DNA from: Lama guanicoe
Lineage: Eukaryota
Assembly (NCBI GenBank): GCA_013239625.1
Contig: MU054187.1
Location: 20,490,897 to 20,554,896 of the forward strand
Direction of reading: 5' to 3'
Length of the DNA stretch: 64,000 nucleotides
Within the stretch, counting starts at the first letter, position 1; every line of letters begins with the position of its first letter. Position numbers and translations under genes: made by a program. Positions 26,061 to 38,700 of this stretch are shown in pieces. The notes below the pieces were generated by a model. The model made no database searches, was not told the DNA's origin, and worked only from the letters and a program-made list of their open reading frames with translations.

Positions 26061-26771
26061 CTTAAAAAGAATTGATGACAGACATTGGTTTGAAATAACA
26101 ATAATATGGCATTTTATTAATTATTTATGTAAAAATCACTTAAAAAAACTTTAAAAAATAAGCAGACATCAGTTTATAATTAGCTATAGAAAACAGAATG
26201 AGTTCTTGACTATCATGCATATATTTAGAATTAAATCAGCTCATTAATTTTATAGCTTTTTTAATGTTTACTAGAAATGAACATTGTTTAAACTGAGTAT
26301 ATTGTAAACATATGGACATTATACAATATTATAAAATTATGAAACAATTAAGCCATCTGGTGCATTAATTCATGTATTCATAATACAAGACCATCAATAT
26401 CCATTAATGTTCTACACTGGAACAAATATGTAACTATACTGATCAATTTACGCATCATCCTTTTTAGAAGAAACGTGTTCTAAAGGTCAAAAAGTTTAAA
26501 TATACCTTTCTTAGTAACAAAGCTGTAGTGATCAAATGAGAATGAAATCAATGATATAATCATATAATGATTTAAATCTGAGCCTATGAACAAAAAGTAC
26601 CAAAATTAAGATGTGAACTGTAATAAATGATAACCATCTTCTATGCAGCCTTAACACCCCATAGACAGCCTGCCATCAAAATTACTACTTTGTGAATTAT
26701 TTACATGTATACATTTCCCCCAATAAACCATGCTTTTATTTATTTCTGGTTTGGATTTATAAAGACATTTT

Positions 26772-26896
26772 GATTCTGACAGGGAGGTAATTAGGTTTCC
26801 TCATCGATTTCCGCCTGGAGGAGGTCCCAGGGATTGAACCCGGGACCTCTTGTGTGCTGAACATGTGCTCTACCACTTGAGCTATACCCTTCCCGC
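26772..26896 (-). mobile_element. tRNA-Ala-derived SINE (Vic-1-like) with unusually GC-rich linker
   Basis: reverse strand gggtatagctcaagtggtagag...gggttcaatccc...aaacctaattacctccc; TSD tataaaga(c/t)atttt at 26758-26771 and 26897-26910. Confidence 0.9.
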
Positions 26897-27524
26897 TATA
26901 AAGATATTTTTAATATCTTCTTGCCAGAATTGAGCCCACTCATACTTTTCATAGCTTTCTCTGTATAAAGTCCTATATGTACAATATTTGATTCAAAATA
27001 TTTATTATGTACCATACTATTTAATTAAGAGAAAAAGAATTGTGTGTGTTGTATGCCTTTTCAATATTCTGGTGATGGTTATTATTGTGTTTATGTCCTC
27101 AAAATTATTTACTTATGTTGCCTGCTGCATGAATACTTATGGCTTGGGTTTTATATGTATTTTATAATATTATATTTAATTAGTGCTCTTATAAAAAAGC
27201 ATGTGATTACTGTTGTTCATAGAAGGCTTGAATAATTTCACTAATTTTTATGTGTGTTTATGCATGTCTAGGAGATAAAATTTAATTGAAATAAAGTATA
27301 TTTATATTGTAGAAGGATATGAGGAGGCTGGATGAAGGAAGAACCATAGCAGGTGGTGTTTAGATAATAGAATAGCTCAATGTGATTTGTTCAGCAACAG
27401 TTTGGACTTTGTTTTTAAATAAGTTATTTTTAACTTCCAGAAATTATTCTGAGATATTTTCTAATGAAAATAAAAGCTTATGCCAGAAATGACTTAAAAA
27501 AGGAAAACTAATGTTTGATCAGAA

Positions 27525-27796
27525 TTTTTTTTGAAGTATAATCAGTTTACAATGTTCTGATAATTTCTGGTGTACAGCACAATACTTGAGTCATATAGGA
27601 ACATGCATATATTCATTTTCATACTTTTTTCACTACAAGATAGTGAATATAGTTCCCTGTGCTATACAGTATAAACTTTTTGTTCATCTGTTTTATATAT
27701 ATTACTTAGTATCTGCCCATCTCAAACTCCCAGTGTATCTCTTCCCATCCCTTTCCCCCACTGGTAACCATAAGTTTGTTTTCTGTGTCTGTGAGA
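27525..27796 (-). mobile_element. L1 3'UTR, 8-bp TSD
   Basis: T-tail and 3'UTR homology; gatcagaa at 27517-27524 and 27797-27804. Confidence 0.9.
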
Positions 27797-27843
27797 GATC
27801 AGAAGAGTCTCAATCATTTTAAAAGAAGAAAATATTTTAAACC

Positions 27844-28114
27844 TGTAGGGAGCTGCAGTCTAAAGAATTAGCCGCTCAAAATATTCCTCCTTGGCCTCCC
27901 ACCCTCCCAGCATCTTTTGTCTTTAGCTGGAGATGGTATTTAAGGTGGTGATAACTCCCTTTTGGGGAGTTACTTGGTTTTCCTGGGTATCTCCCCCCCG
28001 TACAGGAGGTATACACGTTGTGAAACTTCAGTTTGTTAATCTACCTTTCACTACAGGAGAGTGTCAGCCAAGACTCTAGAAGGGGAGATGGAAAATGATT
28101 TTCCCTCCCCTACA
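27844..28114 (+). mobile_element. MER34-like (MER4-group ERV1) LTR, internally deleted
   Basis: tgtagggag...ctcccctaca termini; 'caaaatattcctccttggc' and 'agaagggg..ggaaaatgattttccctcccctaca' match MER34-type ends. Confidence 0.75.
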
Positions 28115-28809
28115 AGTCATAGGTTTCATGTCTCTGAAGGCTTTTGACATGTCACAGAAAAATCTGGCTGTTCCAATTTATTATGGAATAATAGTTTCAA
28201 TTAAATTGAAAATTGATTAAATTAAAATGTATAAGGAACACTTTTTCCTAATAATAAGATGCACAGATGCATAGGAATGAGAACCTGGGTTCTATTTTTC
28301 TTGGACTCCGGGTGAGTTGGAGCATCATTAAAATCATGAGAAGTTTTACTTCTGTTATGTGTGCAATCTTTCCTAATTGTAAACAAGTTATCTTCTAGGT
28401 AAGCCTTCAAGTTTTCTTTCAGTTTCTAAGTTGCAAAAAGATTGCTAAATCTTAATTTTATAGTATTTATTCAATGAAATTATCTATGCAAAACACACAG
28501 TTGACCAAACAGGAAACTAACAGAGCTTTGGAGCAATGGCTAGTTCTTTGCTCTAAAAACGTTATCACACAGTAATTGCTGCATAATGCTTAGAGCTTTT
28601 GGAATCCATGTGCCATGTAAATCTGAAAATACTGACTCTGGAAGTTAACTTAAAAGTAATTGCATCTTGATTTTCATCACTGTGAATTTTAGTCTAATAA
28701 TATTTGTGAACAGGTGGGCAGTGAAAAAAGAAATGTACCTACAAGAAGTATGTAATTTCTTGAAAAAGCTTCCCTATTTCATTACTTTGCCCATAAATAC
28801 AATCTTGAC

Positions 28810-29020
28810 AGTAAAATTACTGTCTCCTTTCTTAATTTTTATATTTTGCCAAGCATATTTTTCACCCATGCTTTTACGTTTAACATTTCTGTGTTTAGTT
28901 TCATGTGATTATCTTGTAAAAGGTATTTATTTACTTGAGTTTTGGTTTTCAACTAACCTAAAATTTATTTTAATTAGCACCTTATTACTAATAGTTTCCA
29001 TGAATTATGATAGTTTAAAT
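28810..29020 (-). mobile_element. Ancient L1 ORF2 5' (endonuclease start) fragment
   Basis: 'atattttcacccatgcttttacgtttaacatttctgtg...tcttgtaaaagg' resembles the reverse complement of the L1 EN N-terminus. Confidence 0.5.
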
Positions 29021-29527
29021 GTGTGGATAAATAATTTTAAAGAAACATAATAGTCCTCTGTATAATGTGCAGGAATTTTATATGTGCATGTCTTGTAATC
29101 TATGGTTTGATCCCAATAGGGCAAAGGTAAGATTTTATAATTTTTTTATCGCTAATATCTATAAAACGACACTAGGAATTCACTAAATAGATAAGCATCA
29201 CCTAACCAGTGATGTGTTTCCTCTCCCTAACTACCACTTGTTTTTTATTTTGGAAGCTTCCTGCCTGAATACAACATAGTGTCAAAAGCAAAAGTGGCCA
29301 TAAGCATGAATAGAGAACTCCAGGAGGAGAACTCGAGTTCTGATACAGGATCAGAGAAAGAGACTCTTACAAATGGGAGGGAATTCACAAATCCCTTTTT
29401 GTTTTTTCTATTCTTCATCCTCAGATGACTTAATGGAGAGACAGCAACAAAATCAACCCAAGCCCTCAGAAGCCCCTTGGGAATCCAAACTTTGAGACTC
29501 CAAATATTTCAGAAGAGGGTATGAATG

Positions 29528-29630
29528 TCCATTGTACGGATATGGAAATTAACCTTAGAGTAGACAAAGTCATAGAAGGAGCTATTGAGGAATTTGAACC
29601 TTCAATCTGTTTCCTCTGAATCTAAATTTT
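29528..29630 (-). mobile_element. MIR fragment
   Basis: 'ccattgtacggatatggaaatt...ggaatttgaacc..tctgt'. Confidence 0.5.
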
Positions 29631-31149
29631 TATTTTTTTCCCCTTTATTTCATTTTCGCAGGAGACTGTCACTTCCATTTTTACAGCTTTAAGTTGAGAT
29701 TTTACTGTTTAACTTTTTTTTCAGGAGCGAGAATACAGTGATTATTAGTACCTTCTTTCTTCCTCTTTAAAAAAAAAAAATTCCTCCCATAAAAAGAGTC
29801 TTAGGTTGTATGTGGGGCTATGGAATAAAAGTTAGCCATTTCCCTCACCCCTATAAATAACTTGTTTTAGATTCATTGGTAGTGACTATCTGGTTCAAAT
29901 AAGAATTGGTTCTTTGAGAAAAAATACGGGAATTTTTGGAGTAAATGCACCATATGACACAGATACATCAAACTTATTTCAATGAAATATAACATTTTGG
30001 AATTCTTTAAAAGACTGTTCTAGTCATGGATTGTTTCTTTATATGTATTTAAATAAGTAGTGGAGATCCTTGCAAATTAAATCATAGCTGTGGAAGAATT
30101 ACCTTAAACACAATCTTCCTCATAAGATACCATTGTATTTTGAGCACTATCTTTCAGAAAATTGTTTCTGATTGATTTTTGCAAACATAAGTTAAACTTG
30201 AGATATCTAGCTTCTTTTTTCCCAAGTCTCTGTTATTGCTATTTCACAGGACTTAAACTTTGCTCTGTTGCTTATATTAAAACAAAACATGTGGAAAAAT
30301 TATTTCACACATTGACTGTATTAAAAATGTGATTTTGTGAATTTTTCCAATTTTGCTTGCACTGTCAATAATGATACCCCTTGAATCCTGTCCTGGATCT
30401 CAATTATTAGCACCATTTGTTTTAGTGTCCATAAAGTTACACATGACTTATAATATTCAGCATCATGGCTTGAGGCGTTATTATGGAGTAATGCTCAAAT
30501 TTATTGTTCTATTTTCCTGATATACCAATACCATACAGTCTAGGTGATGTAAATTACACTTGGATGCTTTAAAAAAATCTGTCTCAACTCATTTCTGATA
30601 GGATTGAAAATTTGTTCTTGCTTCTGAACGTTAGTTTAATATACTTACCATGTCTACGCTTTTTCTTAGAAGGAAATAAAATTGTTCTTTCAACTCTATT
30701 ATAAAAGGTTTGAGGTCATGCTTGACGCTATTCATCCTTGGAAGAACTATAAACATTCTACATAAAATATTTATGAAGATTTTATTCAAAGCAGATTTGT
30801 GAGAAAGCTTAGGACATTTTAGGAAATATTCCTATGAATCTCTCCACTTGCCTTTCTAGTCTCAACACTACAACTTTGAATTGCTAAATTATTGCCCCCA
30901 GGATAAAATACTCAGATTCACCGTTTACAACATTTATTTCTAAATCATTACATAAACTTTATCCAGAAGACCAGAAATGAAGTGAATATGATTATGCAGT
31001 AATGTATGAATCACACTCAATAGTTAAGGTCTACCTTTCAGTTTTTCAAACTTCTAATGTTTCTAAGCACAAGAGGGTTGACAAATGTTCTGTCTTTACA
31101 TTTATACATCTATGCCTCATATTATTCTTTATCTTTTTTACCCACAAAC

Positions 31150-32390
31150 AAATTGAACACCATTAACCACTCTATTTTATATAACATTCTCTTCACTTAG
31201 CTCACTGGGAACCAGACCTTCCTTCTACCCAAGATGTGCTCTTGTTAGCCTCCTTCCTTTAGTCTTCCCCCTTGCTAATATTTTTCTTCTTATTGAAATA
31301 GAGTTGATTTACAGTGTTGTGTTAATTTCCGGTTTACAGCATAGTGGTTCAGTTATATATATTCTTTTTTATATTCTTTTTCCTTATAGCGTATTACAAG
31401 ATATTGAATGTAGTGCCGTGTGCTCTACAGTAGAAACTTGTTTATCTATTTTATATCTAGTAGCTTATGTCTACTAATCCCAAATTCCTGATTTATCCCC
31501 CCTCACCTTCCTCTCTGGTATCCATAAGTTTGTCTTCCATGCTGTGAGTCTTTTTCTGTTTTGTAACAAATTCATCTGTATCATTTTTTTTTCAGATTCC
31601 ACATTATCTTGATAACTTTTAATCATTGGGATCCCCTAAGGTTTGTTTTGTCTTTTTTTTTTCGTTTTTCGCTATCTATAACCATTTCCTTGACAATCTC
31701 ATTCAGTGTCATTAATCTTAAATGCCATCGAACTGTAGACAGCTCCTAAATTAACACCTCCACCTCAGACCTCACCTCTGAAACCCAGCCTACCGTGTCA
31801 GACTGCACATTCAGTACCTCTCTTTGGGTATTTTAACAAGCCCAAACAGCAAACACCTGGTCAAATCTTCGAAATCTCCAGCATCTCAGTCCTCCCCATC
31901 TCAGTAAGAGGCAATTCTATCCCCCCAGTCACTTAGACGAAAAGTCTTGGAGTCATTTTTGTCTGCTGTCTTTCCTTTGGACTCCGTAACTAATCTGTCA
32001 ATAAATTTTGTCTGGTTAACCTTCAAAGTGTATGCAGAATCCCCCCATTTCCCACTGCCTCTTCTCTCCACACTGATTCAAACCACTATCATCTCTGGGC
32101 TTATTATGTTTTCTATACTGATATGTACATGTATATACCTACAAGTTATTTGTATGTATATGTATATACATAGAACGTATTGACAGATTAGATACGGAGT
32201 ACAAAGGAAAGAGAGAGCAGGCATACATATATAAAAAATGCATACATGTACATATCAGTATACAATATATATCAGCGTGTGTTTATATACTGATTTCCTA
32301 GCCACTTCCCTACTCCTCGTCCCCTCAAAACAGCATCCTTAGTCTTCTAGATTTTACCTGCTCATAGTTCTATGAATGACTTCTCATTTC
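31150..32390 (+). mobile_element. L2 LINE interrupted by an L1 (31281-31605) and a 172-bp templated insertion (32123-32294)
   Basis: 'gacaatctcattcagtgtc', 'cagacctcacctctgaaacccag', 'ccccatctcagtaagaggcaattctat', 'cttggagtcattttt' are L2 motifs in consensus order. Confidence 0.85.
31281..31605 (-). mobile_element. L1 3'UTR inserted in L2
   Basis: 'tattgaaatagagttgatttacagtgttgtg...cagattccacat'; degenerate TSD cttgctaatatttt / cttgataactttt. Confidence 0.88.
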
Positions 32391-32929
32391 TTTTTAAAAA
32401 TATTTTTATTGTTTTTTTATTTAAGTATAGTCAATTTACAATGTTGTGTTAATTTATGGTGAACAGCATAGTGATTCAGTTTTATATATATATGTGTATA
32501 CATATTCCTTTTCATATTCTTGTTAATTATAGGCCATTACAAGGTATGAAATATAGTTCCCTGTGCTGTACAGTAGGGCCTTGTTGTTCATTTTATATAT
32601 ATAGTAGTTAGTATCTGCAAATCCTGAATCCCAATTTATTCCTCCCAACTAACTCCCCTTTCCCGCCCCAGTAACCGGAAGTTTGCTTTTTATGTTTGTG
32701 AGTCTGTCTCTGTTTTGTAAATAAGTTCATTTGTGTCCTTTATCTATTTTTTTTTAAGTTTCCACACATAAATGATATCATATGGCGTTTTTCTTTCCCT
32801 TTCTGGCTTACTTCACTTAGTACAGCCAATAGGCACATGAAAAAATGCTCAGTATTGCTCATCATCAGAGAAATGCAAATCAAAAGCACAACGAGGTAGC
32901 ACCTCACACCGGTCAGAATGGCCACCATT
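32391..32929 (-). mobile_element. L1 with 5' inversion (twin priming): minus 32391-32822, plus 32823-32929
   Basis: minus 3'UTR up to LSEVSQKGKEK, then plus-strand [20 protein letters not shown]; 6-bp flank catttc at 32385 and 32926. Confidence 0.9.
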
Positions 32930-34882
32930 TCACAGGTCCATTGGAAAATATGACAGCAACAGGTAACCTGGGTAACTGACGTAGCCATTGATTTGCTACT
33001 GAGTGACCATAGAGAACGTGCCCGCAAATCATGTTTGACTTATACATATCTTTACCGTGATATTTTATTCTTTAGCAAAACAAAATTAAATTAAATAAAG
33101 GACCAATTATTTGACATTGTCAAGTTACAATATATTGATGTTTTATTTTTCTCATTTCTAATGTATATGATCACTTAAAGACAATATTGCCAAAGTTTAT
33201 TTCTTCGCAAAAAGAAAATAAAGGTTTGGGGAAATAACTTACAAGTGGATTTTAGTCCGTCTATTATTAATTAAAAAATAGAACCAATTTTACAGAGGTA
33301 CTGTATCAATGGTCTAAAACTGTACTTGGTGCTATAATTCGTAAGTACAAGCTTGATTGAGAAATGCTTTGTAAAGAACCTATAATAAAATTGCAGAAGT
33401 CCAAACATATATCACCCTCCTCTGCATGACTGTCTTTTAATTTACTAAAAAATTTATTTTCATATTAAAAGGTTAGGGATTCAAGGTGACTCTAGAAACA
33501 TTACATCCAAAAATGTTTGTCATTCACCAGTGATTCAAAATTAAACATCATTTTAGTCAGTAGTAAGAAAATGTACTGTTTCCGTTTCTTAGAACTTTAA
33601 GTGCTTTGAATTGTGTATTCTCTGAACACAGTCTGGAAAGAAATTTAATTTTTGAAATGGATGTAATAACTGAGTGAAAATCTAACAGGCGTTTCTGTAT
33701 GCCACTGCAGCTTTCACTTAAGAGGAAAAGTAGGTCTCCTTGAGTTGCAGCAAACGCCAGGGTACATTGTTTCCTCTCTTTACCTGAACATTAATATGCA
33801 GAACACAAAAGGAAATGCACTTAACTTTCCTCGTGTTATCATTCAAGTTAATGGTTCCCCCAGAATCTAGTAATCAGTGTGTCAACAGCATACTGAATGT
33901 ATGATATCCAGTCAGATTTGAACATTCCACACTTAGTATTTATAAAGGATCTTACAGGGGAAAAATGTCCAAGTTAAGTAGTTTACAAGCCATCATCGTT
34001 GTCTTGCTGTGTGGTATGAGAGTCCCTTTTCATTTGAGTTAATTACTGTACAAAATGTTCTTTCCTTTTACCTTCTTTGCTAAATGCATTATTTTAAAGA
34101 GAAATTATGATTCCAGATTTTTTTCCTTTGAAGCACATAGACAATACCTAATAAAAAATGAAACTGAAAAATTAACCCAAGTGCAGTATTGTTTTCAAGG
34201 CTATGTTGCTCTAACATCACGTCTTACAGGAAGGTAGGCAATATCAAATTTTAAAGAGTTGACGTTATCTGTGAACATATTTATATATTCCAAACTTTTC
34301 ATTTTCAAAATTGGGCAAAGCATTCACAGATTCAAAAATTCAATTTATATAAACAGTCACTCAGGAGTATTGGTTATAATAAGTCTCCTGCTCTATTCGA
34401 TGACTTTAGGCCAAGGAGTCCACATAGTAATGGAACACAGGAAAGTTTTCACTCTACAAGAGTTCATACTGGAAAATATTGGAATATCCATCAGTCTACT
34501 CAAATGCGATAAATCCTATAAAACTCTGTGGGAACCTTTATGTGGTAATTGTGCTTGAATCATAACACTAAATATCTAAATTTCATACCCTCTGCAGTAT
34601 TTTTCTTTTATCTTTTAAAAAGACAAGTTAGAGGACATGGCCTTTATGCATATATTTAACTTGCCCAATGAGCATTTTATCCAAATCCCTGTCAGTTTCA
34701 TGCTTCAGCAAACCAAAGTAACGCTCTTTTAATCTTCACTCCCTAAAGTTTACAAACTACATCTGGGCAACTAACTGAGACACAGTTTGTCTTCTGAAAT
34801 GTATATCTTTCAAAAAGAAAGTGTAGTCCTTGGCCAATATAAGACTAATTATTCTGTAGAATATGATGAAAAAAAACTCTTT

Positions 34883-34900
34883 ACACACACACACACACAC
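34883..34900. repeat. (AC)n microsatellite
   Basis: directly visible. Confidence 0.85.
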
Positions 34901-35881
34901 AGATATATATGTATATAGAACTCTCATGTTCTAACCTGTGGTTAGCTAAATTTTCTTTTCCCATCAGAAACTCCATTGTAGATTTCATCATCAAAGAGAT
35001 TTTATATCTTCCTTCCCTTCTGATCACCCTAAAAGAAAAGAGTAAAGGGAAGGATAAAAAGAGAAATCAAAGCTCACCCTTTAGACTCTCCCTTTTATAT
35101 CAGGTTTGTGAGAGCCCAGTTATATTTTCTGTATGTATTGTTCATGCAAAGTAGATTTCCTGCTTGACGTTACTATAAGCAAATGAAAAGGTGACAGTTT
35201 CTCCTAAGCCATCTATGGGTGTCTGTTGAAATTCAGAAATTGTCATTCAACTACGCATGCTTTTCATGTAACAGATAAGGCTATTTTTTTTTTCTGGAAA
35301 CATCAACAATCATTAGATGGCTACAGTAGTATATGTCACTTTATCAGAAGGAAAATAAATGTGACTCAGTTTTGGACTTATTCTAATATCAAGAGGAACT
35401 AGCTAATGTCATTATACAAAAATTATTTTGAAGTTGCACCTAAATATTCCTGAAAACTGTAAGATATAAAAACAAGAATTAAAATTATACTGATTTGGGG
35501 TAGTCAAAAGAATGGTAATGCTATAAACTGGTATAATTAGCTTTTCTGGAAGTATCTTCTTCCCAGCCACTGGAAGTGTTCAACTGGGAGTGAAAGGTAG
35601 GCCTAGCAGTTGTGAAGAAGGGCCTGGAGGAGTAGATGTGTAACTGTGCTGGATGACATTTAAATGCCCTTGCAACATTAGAATTTTTAATACTTTCAAG
35701 TCTTGGTGGATGGTAGTGATGGATTTCCTTTATTTGTGCCAACATTAGACTATCATCAGTTTTCTTAAGAAAGTGATTTTGATTTTGTTTTTTAAAGGCT
35801 ATCTTCACACATTTGATGGAGAACTAAAAAAAAAAAAGAAAGAAAGAAAGAAAATAATAGCCCAAGAACTTCCCTCAAATC

Positions 35882-37795
35882 TTTTTTTTAAACGTTTTTT
35901 TTTTGAGTTATAGTCATTTTACAATGTTGTGTCAAACTCCAGTGTAGAGCACAATTTTTCAGTTATACATGAACATACATATATTCATTGTCACATTTTT
36001 TTTCACTGTGAGCTACCACAAGATCTTGTATATATTTCCCTGTGCTATACAGTATAATCTAGTTTATCTGTTCTGCATATGCCTGTCAGTATCTACAAAT
36101 TTTGAAATCCCAGTCTATCCCTTCCCACCCCTCTCCCCCTTGGCAACCACAAGTTTGTATTCTATGTCTATGAGTCTGTTTCTGTTTTGTATTTATGTTC
36201 TTTTTCTTTTTTTAAGATTCCCCATATAAGAAATCTCATATGGTATTTTTCTTTCTTTTTCTGGCTTACTTCACTTAGAATGACATTCTCCAGGGACATC
36301 CATGTTGCTACAAATGGCGTTATGTTGTCATTTTTATGGCTGAATAGTATTCCATTGTAGAAATACACCACATCTTCTTTATCTAGTCATCTGTTGATGG
36401 ACATTTAGGCTGTTTTCGTGTCTTGGCTATTGGAAATAGTGCTGCTATGAACATTGGGGTGCACATGTCTTTTTGAAGTAGGGTTCCTTCTGGATATATG
36501 CCCAGGAGTGGGATTCCTGGGTCATATGGTAAGTGTATTCCTAGTCTTTTGGGGAACCTCCATACTGTTTTCCACAGTGGCTGCACCAAACTGCATTCCC
36601 ACCAGCAGTGTAGGAGGATTCCCTTTGCTCCACAGCCTCTCCAGCATTTGTCATTTGTGGACTTTTGAATGACAGCCATTCTGACTGGTGTGAGGTGATA
36701 CCTCCTTGTAGTTTTGATTTGCATTTCTCTGATAATTAGTGATATTCAGCATTTTTTCATGTGCCCATTGATTATTTGTATGTCTTCCTTGGAGAATTGC
36801 TTGTTTAGGTCTTCTGCCCATTTTGGGTTGTTTGTTTTTTCTTATTAAGTAATGAGCTGCTTATATATTTTGGAGATCAAGCCTTTGTTGGTTTCATTGT
36901 TTGCAAAAATTTTCTCCCATTCCGTAGGTTGTCATTTTGTTTTACTCATGATTGATTTGCATATGTTGAACCACCCTTATGTCCCTGGGGTGGTCCCTTG
37001 GTCATGATGTATAATCTTTTTATGTGCTGTTGGATTCTACTTGCTAATATTTTGGTAAGGATTTTTGCATATATGTTCATCAGTGATATTGGTCTGTAAT
37101 TCTCTTTTTTGGTAGTGTCTTTGCCTGGTTTTAGTATCAGGGTGATGGTGGCTTCATAGAATGAGTTTGGGAGTATTCCCTCCTTTTCAATCTTCTGGAA
37201 GAGTTTGGGAAGGACTGGTATGAGTTCTTCTTTGTATGTTTGGTAGAATTCCCCGGTGAAGCCTTCCGGTCCTGGACTTTTATTTGTAGGGAGGTTTTTT
37301 ATTGCTAATTTGATTTCATTTCTAGTGATCAGTTTGTTCAAGTGGTCAGTTTCTTCTTGACTCAGTCTTAGTGGACTGTATGTTTCTAGAAACTTGTCCA
37401 TCTCCTCTAGGTTATCCAGTTTGGTTCCATATAGTTTTTCATAATACTCTCGTATGATATTCTGTATTTCTATGTTATTTGTTGTAATTTCTCCACTTTC
37501 CTTTTTTATTTTGCTTATTTGTGCTCTCTCTTTTTTCTTCTTTGTGAGTTTGGCCAGAGGTTTGTTGATTTTATTTACTCTTTCAAAAAACCAGCTTTTG
37601 GTTTGATTGATTTTTTTCTATTGTTCTTTTAATCTCTATTTTATTTACTTCCTCCCTGATCTTTATTATTTCCTTCCTTTTGTTGACTTTTGGGTTTTTT
37701 TGCTCTTCTTTTTCTAATTCTTTTAGCTGGTGGGTTAGATTGTTTATTTGAGATTGTTCTCTTTTTTTGAGGAAGGCCTGTATCGCTGTGAACTT
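35882..37795 (-). mobile_element. Young L1, 5'-truncated, with large internal ORF2 deletion near 36948
   Basis: ORFs 36946-37401 ([36 protein letters not shown] region) and 36383-36724 ([14 protein letters not shown], Cys-rich domain), then 3'UTR and T-tail. Confidence 0.96.
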
Positions 37796-38474
37796 ATTGC
37801 TTTAATAGGAGTTGATGATACTAGACAGAGCCTAATTACAAGAGAGAAAAATAATGGCAAGCTCAGGTGGAATTTGATGAATATAGGAGCTAAATTTTAG
37901 CAATTAGACCTTGGTTTAAGATCAGTGTTCAAGAGTACATAGAATTTGTAATAATTTTCTTTCAACCATTCAAGACAAAAATCAATAGAAACTAAGTTGC
38001 AGGGAAAGGCTAATGAGAAAAAGTGGCAAATTTTTAATTACCCCAGAGTGATAAATGATTTTCATTGTAAATTACCATCTGGGATTTTTTTTTTCTTTCA
38101 CTCTATAAATTGTAATTAAAGTTGTTAAAAATAACTAGTTTATAAGTGAAAAGTTTAGGCAAAAGATTATATGGCATTACAGCCTACCAAAACAAAAACA
38201 GTAAGTTTGTGATTAAGCACAACTGTATTACTTAATGTTGTTTTTGAATCAAAGAAAATCAATGAGTAAATGGATTTGGTTGTAACCATTTGTCTAAGCC
38301 CACATGAGGAAGAAATATATGACATGCTTCTTGCCTCTTGAAAACTTACAATTTATTTAGGTCAAAACTATTAAACATATAAAAATAATAAAATATTTAA
38401 CTTTAAAGTAACATATTGCTCACTTTAATTTTCATAAGAAGATGCCAGTAAAGAGTGCCAAAAATATAAGGTGG

Positions 38475-38700
38475 TAGCCCATGTAAAGTGAAACAAAAAC
38501 AAACTTTGAAATCAGAAGGAATTAGGTTCAATTTATTTCTCTTCTACCTACTAGTGTCTGTCAAGCACTACCTTAACATCTCTGAGCTTAGAGTTCACAA
38601 TCATAAAATATTGGTGCTAACTCCAATTTCAGTTGTGAGATTGACTGTAATAAACATACCAAGTGTCTGTTACACAGGTGTGTTCTAAGTGTTATTCACA
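38475..38700 (+). mobile_element. MIR SINE
   Basis: 'ctttgaaatcaga..aggttcaat...cttaacatctctgagcttagagttc...gttgtgagattga'. Confidence 0.7.

Noticed and set aside
30643..30685. Minus-strand micro-exon before atg|gtaagt
   Set aside because: It needs an AAG acceptor and gives a 16-nt frame-shifting exon; unsupported without transcripts.
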